Origin: Vicugna vicugna
Taxonomy: Eukaryota
Assembly: GCA_013265495.1 (NCBI GenBank)
Contig: MU057865.1
Coordinates: 248,001 to 312,000 of the forward strand
Direction: 5' to 3'
Length of the DNA: 64,000 nucleotides
Both the position numbers and the translations under genes were made by a program. Below, one piece after another: positions 45,071 to 58,460 of this stretch (position 1 is its first letter; each line of letters opens with the position of its first letter). The notes beneath the pieces are model-generated. The model saw only the letters and a program-made list of their open reading frames with translations. It was not told the DNA's origin and searched no databases.

Positions 45071-47747
45071 TTATTTAAAAACTAAAGTTATTTTAAAAAC
45101 AATTAGTTGTGGGGAAGTTGTTGAAAAAAACCACAAGATTAGTATTTATCAAGACAATACTAAATAAAGTTACTTTATTTCATAATAAAACCTCAAAGAA
45201 TAAAGGCCCATCTGATTAATTTAACCCAACCATATGAAATGAAAACCAGGTCTTAACATAATTGCTTTCTCTCAGATTGCTTCTTCCAAGGGTCTTTGAA
45301 CAAGGTCAAGACAAAGACCCATATAAATTAAATGATTCTGCCACTTTTCAATATATGGTTAATAAAAACTCCTGTATAGAGAAATGTATCGGCTGCAGGT
45401 TTCAAACTTTACTCACATCAAGAAACTTTAGGGGAGTTACAAGATAAATGGATTTTCCAAAAAAAAAATTAGCTATACAACAGATGATGCTTTGGTCAGA
45501 TACACGTATGCTTTCTTAGGGAATCTAAGGAGAAAAAAAAAGTTGTATTTTTTTTCTTTTCTCTGCCACTTGAAAACATAAACCAAAAAATAAAAAAAAA
45601 CAAAAAACAAGAAAAACCCAGTCTGTTCTGTTGTCAGAGAGAAAACTTTCAGATTCACAGAGCCTATGTGAATGTTCAAAAGTTCTCTCTTGAAATATTC
45701 ACAGAAATACTGGCCAATGAAAGTGCTTGGTACTACCATAAACAAGCCTAATTTTTTTCCAGCATGTTTATAAAGGATTATGTTTATTCAACTACATCAT
45801 ATCTTCTCTCGCTAAATTCTCTCAAGGTAAAGGCCATCATGTAACTCTTTCAGCTGTAATACTTCCCTAAGCCCAGACTAGAGCTAAGCTAAACTAGTAC
45901 ATACTCGTTCAACAGAATACCATTACTGGTCAGCTAGTCCATTTGCAGGACTCATAACGGCTCACTCATCGATTTCTATTATTAAAATAAGGCTAATTCT
46001 TCAATAAACATAAGACAATGAGTCCAACCTCTGTCAAATCAAATACAAGCTATGCGGTAATTCATAGTTCAAGACAAAAATATACTCGTATAGAAGAAAT
46101 CACTTGAACTACTGAGATTAAAACAGGAGTCGTGTCTGTATGCTACAGTCTGCACACACACCGATGCATTTAACTCTTACAAAGCACAGGAGTTTCTTCT
46201 ACCATCCTGATCAACGAACTCTTAACCACAAATCTTCAATTTTACTTTGAAATTTTACATGTGTATCTTACTCAGGGAAGAGGGCTATTCGCTTTGTAAA
46301 TTTCATTCATTTTAACTTCTCAGTGGTTAATCTTGTCTTACAAGCATGTTAGTTTCTATTTTCTTCTGGCAGAAACTAACTGTAAAGACAGAACAGGTTC
46401 ACAGAACATGAATCAATATTCTTTCAGGGCTCCATCCTACACTGGGAAAAACTCATTTAGTCTACCTGCTACCACTGATTTCGAGACAAATCTAAAAGTT
46501 TTGACAATCTTAGACAACAGTAAGGAAACCAAAGTGACTGATAAAGAAGATTCCACCATGCATCAGCAAGAATAAATTCACAAGAAATTCCCGAACTCTT
46601 CCTTTATGACACAAAAGAAAGGCATCACAGAATCAGATCAAACAGAGTATGCTTATAAAAGTTACACATATTATTTACACAAAAACCAGTAAGAGGTATT
46701 TTGATGACATCAGTGATACCACTAAACAAATTTTACAGCCGTGAATAACTTTATCAGCTGTCATCATAATTCTGTCCTTTATTATTGCCATTTACAAAAC
46801 ATCTGAGGAAGAAAATGAAACAGAATGAGACTCTTCTGCCCAACTCAAATTTTATAGCCAGGATTCTGCTTTTTTTTCACTTTTGAAGTAACAAAAATGT
46901 CCCCATTAATACTTTTTCTTTTTGATCACTGTTTTCCTTCCTGTAAAATGCAGACATTTAAAAAACAGAAGTTTTTTTTTGTTGTTCTGTTTCTGGTCAT
47001 TAGGGTCCGCACCCTAACGTAAAGGGGGTCCGCACATTTTTCTGAGAAAATGAAACTATTTCTCCTGCATTCATCACTATACGGTCAAGGCTCAATTGCT
47101 CTGTTTTACATTGTGGATACAATGTAAATGTAACAAACATACATACAGAGAAAACCCTGTATGCATTTTATATGCACATGCACTTAGATGTGGGTTAATG
47201 ATCATGGGTCACAGACTCGTGTTTCTATATTGCTACGCTAGCCTACTAATGCCTTGATAATCTGTTCACATCGCAATTGCAGTTCATAAGTAAACTGGTT
47301 GGAAGATGGAAAAGCAAAAATTATCAAGCTACCTCAGCTATAATTTAAATCACTATCCCTCATGGAAAAAAGACACTTTTTTTAAATGTAAAGAAACCTA
47401 CTATTTAGTAGAGACATTACAAAGAATACCAACTTCCCCGTACCTTCCCTCACAAAAAAACCCTAACATAAAATTAACTGAAATTATCTCTAGGAACTTA
47501 GTGCTATATTCTAAAAACAGTGAAGTACATAATTATAATGAGAGGAAACAGATCATTAATAGGTCCTATTAAATAATTTATTTTATTAAACTGGTTTAAC
47601 CCAGAGTGCCAGTTTACTCATGAAAATTATTTAACAAAGCTACTTCAAGGTAGAAATAAATTCAGAACCCAAGAAAAGTATTCTTAACCAACTTGCTATA
47701 GTATACAGAAAATTGTACCTGAGGTTACTTCCTTTTCAGAATAGCTA

Positions 47748-47792
47748 AAATAATAATAATAGTAATAGTAATAATAATAATAGTAATAATAG
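47748..47792. repeat. (TAA/TAG)n trinucleotide repeat
   Basis: aataataataatagtaatagtaataataataatagtaataatag. Confidence 0.9.
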
Positions 47793-48039
47793 AAGCATGA
47801 TTCCTTAACAGAGAGAATGGAGTCCAACTAGTTGGTTATTCAATGAGTCACTGTGAGAGCTACGAATTGAGGGTTCTGACTGCCAGATTTCAGGTCTTGG
47901 TTCCATAATTTACTGTTAAATCACTTAATTAAGCTTCCATCTTTCCATGGTTTAAAAATAAGGCACATTTCATGAGTTAAAAAACAACGTATAAGTGCAA
48001 TCATGACAACTGTTAAAAGCAGATCAGATAAAGTAACAA

Positions 48040-48280
48040 AAGCAACTAACATTTATTACTGCTCAGTATTGCCCCACAATATATTAAATCCTTTAAATAT
48101 TTAAATCTCATTTACAGACCTCACAATTGCTCAAAAAAAAAAGATCTAACCATTATTCCTATTTCACAGATGAGGAATTTACACTTAGTAAAGGTTAAGT
48201 AGCTAATCCAAGACTACAACTGAACAAGAGACACAACTGGAATCTGAATGAAAAATGGTCTGCAAAGCCATGATTTTAAC
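48040..48280 (-). mobile_element. MIR SINE
   Basis: attattcctatttcacagatgaggaa...aggttaagtagct. Confidence 0.6.
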
Positions 48281-49026
48281 TACTTCTCCATTTTAGTTCT
48301 CAATCTACGTTAACGGGTTTTGGAGCTATTCAAGCAATTTACATATGCAAGGTGATTATCGTAATTATTATTCTCACTCATGCTGGCACTAATACTAATG
48401 ACAGCATCAACCTAATAATACACTTCTTAAATCTACAACATTTAGAAGACACAGCAAGTGATGATGGTGGAGGTAAAGAGGACTTGCCCACATACTTAAA
48501 ATACAAATCTCAGTAAGCTCCTCTAATTAATACCTCAAGACAAGTACTATTCAATGTAAGACAGTTTCTTTCAAGGACAAATGTTTCAGTAGGTCAAACA
48601 GCACTATAAAACAATTTAAAATCAACAGCCTCAATCCCATTTCACAAAATTGTGCAACCAGAAAATTATGTTACCTTGATCTCAGCTGCAAAGGATTATC
48701 TTGTGATCAAGATAATTTGTCAATGTTTATTCAAAATATAGAGCGTAGCCGGCATATTCAAGTGACCCTGAACTAGGAAGGTAATGTCAAGAGAGAAAGT
48801 CCTTTAAAGATTTCCCCAAACTCAGAGAAAATAGTTCACAAACTTTCTAGCTCCTTCAGGCTAGCTCCTTCATGGCTCACTAAGAAATCAACAGTCTCCT
48901 GAAGACTGATTTAATTTCCAAGTTGCCTTGAAAAATGGTGTTGTGGGTAGCAGATATGGTAATACAGTTACCAGAAGGATAATATGGTTACTCGTCCATT
49001 ACGAATTAGTCCACTAGCACTCCAGA

Positions 49027-49210
49027 CCAGCAGTGCACAACAGAACTTCTGGCAATAGTGGAAGCATCCCATACCTGCACTGCCCACAGGTGGCTATTAA
49101 GCACCTGAAACGTGATTATGGTAACAGAGCAAATGCATTTTCAACTTTATTTAATTTTAGTTAACTTAAGTCGCCGCATGTGAATTGTGGCTATTAGCTC
49201 AGACAGCATC
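49027..49210. mobile_element. MER3-like hAT MITE
   Basis: aacagaacttctggcaatagtggaa...gtggctattaagcacctgaaacgtg...tttatttaattttagttaacttaag. Confidence 0.7.
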
Positions 49211-50907
49211 GTTTTGGATTATAAATAATCCTTTGACTTGATTGGCAAGAACCTGTTCTCAAGGTACTAATTATTCTTGGATTAAATAAAAAAAAAAAGA
49301 AGGAAAGAAAGAAAAAAAAAATCCAGTCCCTATTGTTATAAACCTGGGCTCTGGACCCAGGGTGACCGTATGCAGGCGATCTGAGGGTCAGCCTGAAACC
49401 GCGCCGCATCTCACCACAACTCCGCTGCAGCAACGCTTACCTATCTGTACACTCTGCTCAACATTACCCAACCTATCCGCGCCACACAGACCACAAAGCA
49501 TTTTTCATCTAGTCGTTACTTTCTCTTTGCCTCCTCTTAATCAAACTGACAGAAACTAAAGCACATTTCAAAGGCATCAGGCAGAGCTGCTGAAACGAAA
49601 CGGAGACAGCGGAGAAGCATCCTTTTGCACTAACCTTTCATGTCTGAAGACATGGATCCAAATATAAATCAAACCCTAAAGCTTGGTAGTCACATCCAAA
49701 ACCCCAGGTGGATATGCCTCCTAGTCATAAAACTCTTACAACACGACACGTTGAAAAGTGGAGCAGATGGGACAATGGGTAAATCTGCTCAACTGAAGCC
49801 CAGAATCATTCAAAGGCCGGGTCATGGACAATCAAAGTGTAACAAACGCCCAAGAGGTCTGGCCTTTGATTATTTTCTCAATCAGTTCAAACAGAAAGAT
49901 ATTATATTAGTAAAAAATTAATTAGGAAAATTTACAGATAGGAAAAGAAGACAATGAGGAAGATGGGGGAAAAGAGCATATTTCAATACATTCATTTTCT
50001 TCCTGTTCCCTAAGTCTAAGAAATACAAGTTTTAAAAAAGAACTAAACCGAAGACTATTCAGTTTTGTTTCCTTTTCTCACACTCAATTTTTCCTCAGAG
50101 GAAAACTAGGCATGTTCACAAAATGACATAAAATCATTAGAGGTTAATTCCACTAAAACCATTCTGAAAGGATTTGACTTTAAAAAAAATGTTAAACCTA
50201 TAAATCAGGCCTTTAAACTTCAGTTATTCATACTGCAGTTATAATTCAACTTTCAGAGCTCAGCAGTAAGTCGGAATAAGAATATTTAGTCCAGCTTGAG
50301 GTTCTTTGCTTTATAATTATCTAACACCATCTCTTCATAGGCCATTTAAATAGTTCATTGTCATTCCACAGTCCTTGTGTCCCATTATCCACAGGCAGCC
50401 AAGGCTACAGCAGTTCTTTAAATGAATAAACTTTCCTACGTTGCAGTTTGAAAACTGTCACCATACTATTTATTTTGGCTCACGAATACAGTGCATAGTA
50501 ACTATGCTTTGCTATTAATTAAGATTTATGCACACCTTTTTACTCCTAAGCCACCTTCTCAACAATTAGATACGATCAGAGTAAATTCACAGGCTGGGAA
50601 ATCAAAGTGCAACAAGAAAGAAACCATTCAGTTTTAACCACTTAAACCTCATCTATTTGAATATTCATTTCTTTCCTTAAAATGTAGTCTGAGAAACCTA
50701 AGTAATCTGTTCCTTTCATATGATAATGGAAACACGAGCATATATATTCTTTCCCAGGTTTTAAAAGTATTATACCAAAGACAATTACAAAATGTTTTGA
50801 GGAAGATAATTACAATCTAACCAAATAAATTTTTTAATGTGGAACCAGAAAAATGAGAGGAGGAGGGAAGGCACAAATTTAAGAACAAATACAGAAAGTA
50901 TAATTTT

Positions 50908-51033
50908 TATTTATTTTTGGGGGGGGAGGTACTTTATTTTATTTGTTTATTTTAGTGGAGGTACTGGGCATTGAACCCAGGACCTGGTGCATGCTGAGCA
51001 CAAGCTCTACCACTAAGCTGTACCCTCCCCCAC
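50908..51033 (-). mobile_element. tRNA-derived camelid-type SINE (Vic-1-like) with TSD
   Basis: Minus strand gggggagggtacagcttagtggtagagc...gtcctgggttcaatgcccagtacctcca (A and B boxes); TSD cagaaagta(t/c)aatttt at 50892 and 51034. Confidence 0.85.
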
Positions 51034-53209
51034 CAGAAAGTACAATTTTAAATTCAGAACATACCAAATATCAAAGTATACTCTTTCTGGTAAGTTTACA
51101 AGTTAAGACCACCACAAATATCAAAATACACTTTTTCTGGTATAAAGCAAAGAAAACACTCAGGAAGCCAGTCTGAAAAAATTTTAAGTAAAGAAGCAGG
51201 TACTGATCAAACAAGAACACAAACAAAAAATCAAAGAGCACAGGCAGATCATTGCGCATACATTATTACAGAAGAAAAGGAATGACAGGCACAGAACACA
51301 TTCACACCTGTCAACTGATGACTGCATGTTTATTCTTTACTAAGGTGCAGTAAATTAAAAATCCCAATTATTTACTGTTTTAGTACTTTCAGAATGTTAG
51401 AATATGAATAGCTACACAGGATGATTTTAAAATCATCCATTTAAAAAAAAAAACCTGACTTGACAGGTTTAGAAACTATTTTCTCTGAGTTGGTAGGATG
51501 ATCAAATCTTTGCCTCATACTACATCGCTCTTCCTACTGAAAAAATATCCAAGCTTCCAATTTCATCAAACCAAAGACATTATTTATAAAACACATTCAT
51601 CTTCAACAGGGATATAACAGGTTCTGAAACCTCAAAAAGCATGACCAACTGCTGGAAAGAGTTAGCCCAAGTGCCAAAAAATAAAAAGAGCTTCCTTCAA
51701 AGGGGGAGCAGTTCCTTCAAAAATGCTACAAACATGATGTCTTTTTCCCCTTAAGAAAAGTAATGACTGGTTTTAATGGTTTCCATTCAGTCTCTGGGGG
51801 ACATGAACAAACACAAATGCCAGCTGTCACAGCACAGAAAGCTCTGAAGTCTCCACTCTACTCAGAAGATAAAAGCAGAATTTTATTAAGGACAAAGAAC
51901 TCAGAAAGGAGCTCATCTCCAATTTTTATCCAAAATACTTCTTAATTTTTACCCCCGTTTTAGAGATTTAGAAACAAGTACATTTAAAATGTCCTTGAAA
52001 ACAATTAGCCACTCTGGGCAATACAGACAGCACATAAATTTTAACAACTAACTCTCTATCACTTGAATAAGTAGTATTCAACTTAACATCCTCTCCAATA
52101 TGAAGAAGTTAGACCGCTGACAATGTTATCAACTAACAAAAACGTTAGGAAGGTTTCTTCCCAATAGCTCACTTAGCTTTGTGTATGCTTAGCCATCATT
52201 TCTAAACTTGTAATTGTACACTGATAATCAAAAGAATAAATATGAATCCATACAACTCTTAAAGGGAGTTATTGTTTCAATCATAGAAAACCTGATGATT
52301 ATCTAGTCATACCTTTTTCTCCTAACATAAAATTCAAAACATAAAAATGAGAAACATATAACATTGTGTTTCATTAAAAAGTCTAGTTCAAACAAATCAA
52401 TACTGCCTACACTGTTGTTTGAAAAAGCCAGTTGTCCTAAAAATGTTTTTTGAACTTTCCATCAAAAATAATTGGGAAAAAAAATTAGGAAACAGGTGAA
52501 TAGAAGCCTAAATAATTTGTTTAATATAAGAGAAACAAAGTGGATGAATTGTACAATTCTATTTCTTGACTCTGCCCATTCCCCCTCAAATTCAGAGTAA
52601 CATCCATAATATAAATCATACTATTCAGTCTCAAAATGAATACTGCTCTTAAAAAACAATTTAAGAGGTTTTCCTGCATTTGAGATAGAAGCTTTTATGA
52701 CCCACAGCTAATAAATGAGCTGATTCTGATAAATTTCTATTAACTATTCAAGGTTGAGAAAAGTCACAGAGTAGCTTCACTGAAAGTTTATCAACAAGAT
52801 AAATTCTTAAAGAGAAGGCAGACATATGAAAAGCTTGAGAGCTTTCCTATATCCCATGTAAGAATGTTAAAAAAAAAAATTCCCAGAATGAGTAGCTGAA
52901 CTGAAAATTAAATTGTATTTATTTAGTTATGGAGGGAGAAGTTGACATAGCAATTCTGTTAAAAAGCTCATCAGGAAGTTATATCATCTTTCCATAAAAG
53001 AGGAATACAAAAAAGGTGCAGGATGGACTTGACAACAAAAAGTTTATGTTGAAGCACAAAGCACAGCCAATCCGAGTACTTATTCCCACTACTGAACAAC
53101 GTAAGAATCTTGGAACACTTGCATCTTTAAGGCTATGACACCAAAAAAGGCAGGTGGTCATCTTGAAAGTACCGCCGGGAACTCCACCTTTTCAAATCTG
53201 TTGTTAACT

Positions 53210-53500
53210 ACAGATACAAAAGGCCACATATTATATGATTCCCTTTATATGCAATGTCCAGAATAGGAAAATCCAGAGACAGAAAGTAGACTGGTCGTTG
53301 CCGGGGCTCGAGGGAGAAGGGAATGGAGAATGACTGCTAGTGGGCACATGTTACTTTTCTGATGAAAATGGTCTAAGAGTAAATAGTGATGACTGCGCAA
53401 GTCTGTGAATTCACTAAAAAACAATGAATTGCTCACCTTCCAAGGGTGAACATCATGGTATGTGAACTATATTTTAATAAGATGATTATTAAAAGATAAA
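53210..53500 (+). mobile_element. L1MB-type 3' end
   Basis: ggccacatattatatgattccctttatatgcaatgtccagaatagg...atggtatgtgaactatattttaataa. Confidence 0.8.
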
Positions 53501-53539
53501 TTTAAATTAAAAAGCAATCTGACAGAATTCATAAGGTCA

Positions 53540-53749
<210 letters not shown>

Positions 53750-54139
53750 TCAGGGCAGAATTAAACTAACGCAGCCCATTATGGGAAATTTTACATTCCT
53801 AAACAGAGAGAATTCTGCACAAGGAAATGTATGTCTCTGTTGCCAAGCTTTAAGCCTCCAGTGGGTTGGGTTGTAAAGCAATTAAATGAGCAACTGAAAT
53901 CCACGTAACACTGTTTTTCACATGCCCGTCTTTTTTCTTCCAAGCAGTTAGAACTATTACAGAGATTCTAAAGGTCGAGTGGAAAAAGAGAAGGATCAGG
54001 AATGGACCACACACACTTCATCACTTCAGTGGAGATCTTAGAAAGAGAAACCAAATTTCAACCCAATGAGAGAATGTCACATTTACAATGACTGAAACCA
54101 AAATTTAAATAATTACATAACTTTCTACTTTAAGTGACA

Positions 54140-54390
54140 ATACAGCACAGCAGAGGGTAGAGTTAAACTGCTGGGGTTTGAATTCCAGCTGTGCCATCTA
54201 TGACCTACGGGACCTTGAGTAAATTGCTTAACTTCTCTGTGCCTCAGTGTCCTGATCTATAAAATGAGATTATAGAGAGTAACTATATCTCACAGGGTTG
54301 TTAGAAAAAGTAAATAAACCAGTACAAGTAACAGGTACTTAGAATAGTGCCTGCCACATAATAAGTATTTGATAAATGTTAGCCATTATT
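54140..54390 (+). mobile_element. MIR SINE, nearly full length
   Basis: gaccttgagtaaattgcttaacttctctgtgcctcagtgtcctgatctataaaatgag...agaatagtgcctgccacata. Confidence 0.85.
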
Positions 54391-54607
54391 TTCCTTTTCA
54401 TGAGGCACAGGTTTATTTTTCCCATCTTCTTTTCCGTAAGAGAGATCATTAAAAGGGAAGAGTGGACTCAGTAAAAAAAAAAATTTCCATGTCTACGAAT
54501 CAGAAATGTAACACATGGTCAGAAGTCAGCCTGAGCTGGGTGATCCTGCTTTCAAGTGGAAGACTACATGAACTTGATCTTCGTACTTCCTTTGAAAAGC
54601 TACCAAG

Positions 54608-54757
54608 TGCATACTGTACAGCACAGGGGACTATATTCAGTATCCTGTACTAACCTATAGTGAAAAACAGTATGTGTATGACCAAAGCATTATGCTGTAC
54701 ACCAGAAACTGACACACTGGAAACTGACTATACTTCAACAAAAATATATTAAAAAAA
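54608..54757 (+). mobile_element. Short L1 3' end with TSD
   Basis: actgtacagcacaggggactatattcag...caccagaaactgacac plus A-tail; perfect TSD aaaagctaccaag at 54595 and 54758. Confidence 0.85.
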
Positions 54758-55880
54758 AAAAGCTACCAAGAAGATCCAGAGAAAGGTTGAACAAACTCAT
54801 AAAGGAGCTTTAGACAATTATGCTTTTAAAACATTGCTGTCAAGTTTCTGTGTTTGCTTTTCACAGGGCATTACAGTCTTCCGTTAGAGTGGCCTCCTTT
54901 CTCAAGTGTCGTTTCACAAAGCCTTTCGAACAACATGACACCTGCTCAAGCAACATCCTCCCAAAGCTGGAAGGGAAGGCTGTCAGTTGCAATGGAAAGA
55001 GTAAGATTAGAAGTGTGTGCAGGTGAGTGGGCGAGTCCAAAGCATTCTGCATACTCTCGCATGCAATGTTTTTAAAAAAATAAGGTACACGTTGGATATA
55101 CCGATACATTTTCTTCATCTTTGAAAACACTGCGCTAAGCTGGAAAAGGTTTACATACATTTTTAAGCTATTACACATTCTGACTACTGGAAAATTTCTT
55201 AGCAGGTTTTCCTGAGGTAATAAAGAGGATTTTCACTGAAAATTATGTAATGTAATGTATGTAAGTAATGATGCCATAAACATTTAGGTTGGGAACTATA
55301 AAGGCCAGTTATAAGCTCATGAGCACTGTAAGAGTAAAGACCATGTGTGTTCAGGTATCTAAGGTTGGCAATAAACAGGTAATACCCAGCAACCGTATCT
55401 GCAAAAGCTTCCCTTATAGGCCCAAAACAAAATGCACTGACCGGGTGAGAAGAATTAAGATGCTCAATATTTATCTATCACGTTAAAGATCAAAAAAAAA
55501 GTTATACGACAAAAAAAAAGCCTTTTATAAAGTTCATTTTCTTTTCCTTTCAATTGAGATATAGATTCAACATCAAGCAAACCTGGTTAGTCTCTAAGAA
55601 ATTGGGTATAGTGAGGTCAGAACACTGCTTTCAACGAATATCGTTAAATAAACCTTCCTCCTCTCCACGTCCTTCTCCCCAGGTGAGAAGTCTGGCTGAA
55701 CTTAGCCAAATCAAAAGTAAGTACCTTTGGCACCAAATCAGTTTAATAAATGATTTTGGTGCCGTGGGATGGATCTGGAGAGGAGAGTTAAGAATCAGGG
55801 ACATGGAGAGTAGGGATGATGTCAAGTGACTCAAATGATCAGGTGAACACATTACTTTCTTCTGACACTAATGGAACCTT

Positions 55881-55913
55881 TGCAGAGAGTGACACAGCCC
55901 CCAGGGGGCAACC
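55881..55913 (+). promoter_or_regulatory. Predicted CTCF site, core plus TGCAG upstream module
   Basis: TGCAGAGAGTGACA-CAGCCCCCAGGGGGCAACC. Confidence 0.5.
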
Positions 55914-57629
55914 AGAAGAGGCTCAGAGCATCAGATCCACTTAGGAAATTAAGCCAGAGAGGCAAGACAGAAGAAACGGTACAGCAGGGTCCTCAGATGC
56001 CAGAAGAGGCCCAGGCAACAGCTGCTGGGGACGCGCCAGCTCCCAAGCCGAGACACCAGAGCAGCAACTGCCCCGACTTCAGAATCCACGTTTGGAAACG
56101 ACATCTGCAAGAGAGATCCGCAGCTCGCCGATGGCCCTTTGCCAATTTGACTTAATGATCGGTCCATTCTTTAGCTACTTAGAAACCTCACAACTAGGCT
56201 TTCAAAATGAGGACAATCAGTTATTCTAGCCGCGTCCTAACAGAGCTGTCTCTCAATTATTAATCACGCTATTCCCCCAAGAAGCACCGCTTCACACTGA
56301 CTCAAGGAAACAAAAGAAATATGAGCGGATAGCAAGAGCTGGTAGTCACAGGGTCCCTGATGATGTAACACAACTATAACTGACACTTTGTGAGGACCAC
56401 TTTTAAAAAGATGCCAAGTCCCTACCGGGATTATTTAGGGAACGAGGTGGGGGTGGGGAGCGCGTTGTACCTGGGTGTTAATTCATTGCTTAAGAAATAT
56501 TTGAGGAAACTGACGTCTAAAGAACTGTTTCCCTAACTAAGTGATGAGAATGTGGCTGCACACGACACGCTTTTTAATGGTAGGTGGAAGGAAATTTGCG
56601 CAGGCTTCCTGCTGAGGCCACCTGGAAGACCCGGGCTACTGCCTCTCCCAGCGTGGGAGCAACCCCACGCAGAGAAGCAGCTGTGCGCCAGCAGCACGGG
56701 CGGATGTCTGCGCCCGGCCGCAGCCCCTGGAGCAGCCTGGGTACCAGTCTCCCACAATCCGAAGCTGCATGGAAGCCCAGTATCATGTTGGGGGTGGGGT
56801 GCCTGGGTTTATGCGCACCGCAACCCAGTTCACCTTCAAGGAAAGGCCCCTGGACACAGGGAGAAGGAGGAGTTATTTTAATTTCATAGGGCTTTTCAGA
56901 TTTCCTTTTTCTGAGCTAAAGGTCACTATAAGCATCAGCCTAGAGGAAATAATAGGTGATCTAGTTTTTTCGCATTCCTTCACCACTGTGCAAAATAACC
57001 ATAGACCTGTATTAAAAATCTAATGCTAGCATTTGGCTAACTGTCCTACAACTGTATGGGAGATGAATTGGCTAATGAAAAACATGCCGATGTAAAACCT
57101 CACCTTTAAATTAACTGACAGTGAGCTGACCGTCTCCTTATATCCAACTAGGCACAAACAGAACCATTCTAATTAAAAGACTTGTTTTTTTTGGCAAGTA
57201 TTATATGCATATTTTGCAAGTCAAATAGATGTACTATCATTTGTGTTTCATTAGGGTTTTTTTGTTTGTTTCAATTTCCAAACTTTAATAACATAGTTAT
57301 TTTCATTGTACTTACTTTTTATCATTATCCACCTATGTTAAATATTTGTTTTTCATATATAGCAATGATAGTAATTTTTGCTTTAAACTAAATGGAAGTT
57401 AAAAAAAATGAGCTGGTTTAAACAAAAATATCAAGTAGAACAAACACTATGGTTTACCTTTCATACAAGTTTCCAACATGGTTTAGATGGAAGGTAAAGA
57501 TATTTTTCTTCCACTGGGATATGCACAGCAATACAAATAAAGCGGCTACCAGGGGGTGGAATAAAGGGAGAGATTCTGAAAAGAACAACGTGCAAAAGTC
57601 AAACAACAGACCACAATGAAAAAGTGAAT

Positions 57630-57790
57630 GCGGCGTTTCTCAAAATGTGGTCCATAGGCTACCTTTCACAGAACCACTCAGGAAGCTTATTAAAAATACT
57701 GATTTTGGCCCCCATCACAGACTTACTGAATTAATGAGAATGCCAGAAGGTGCCAGCCTAGGGACCTTACCGGGTAATTCCCATATACAG
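57630..57790. mobile_element. MER5-like hAT MITE
   Basis: gcgtttctcaaaatgtggtcc...cttattaaaaatactgatt...cagacttactgaat. Confidence 0.65.
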
Positions 57791-58460
57791 ATCGATTACC
57801 ACTGATTTCACGTACTTTTTAAAAACTTGCCAAAAGCCAAGTAAAACAGTGTCGCAAATGTCAATCTGAGAGTTTATTTGGCTTTACGCAGGTCATCTCA
57901 CTGTACTTCTGTGGACATTTCAGTGGCCTCACAGCTACAGTCTAATCAGAGTGTCTCCTGAAATCATACTGTAAGGTCAACCAAAAATATATACCAGTGC
58001 TAAAAGAGGTGTTTTCTTGGGAACCGCCTGTTGATCTTTCAGAAGTCAGCCACTTGGGAAGAGGCCAGCAGGAAAAACCCAGAGGGCATGTGGCTGCTTC
58101 TCAAGAACACTTGACCACTGAGACTGTAGTAAGCGGAATAAACTGCTGCGCATCCTTTCCTGTGTGGCAAGCAAATCCCACTCCGCTACAGAAAGTGAAA
58201 AGGAACGAACAACACTGACTGTGTGATACGTCCATCCCACTGTAACACGCTACTGTATCAAAAAATAGATCTAAAACCGGAAGCCACAATGGCTCAGACT
58301 ATGTCTGAACTACTGTTCCTGCATGGATTTCAATCATAAATATCTCTTTAATAGGTACATTAAACTAAAATACCTACATCGTCCCAAGCAATCAAGCTAT
58401 CCTAAATGGAATTACATCTCGATTTTATTCATGAGTTGAAGCTTTTCTGAGATACCCTAT

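Noticed and set aside
56533..57023. Five overlapping ORFs
   Set aside because: Expected from scarce stop codons in a GC-rich patch; no homology or exon structure seen
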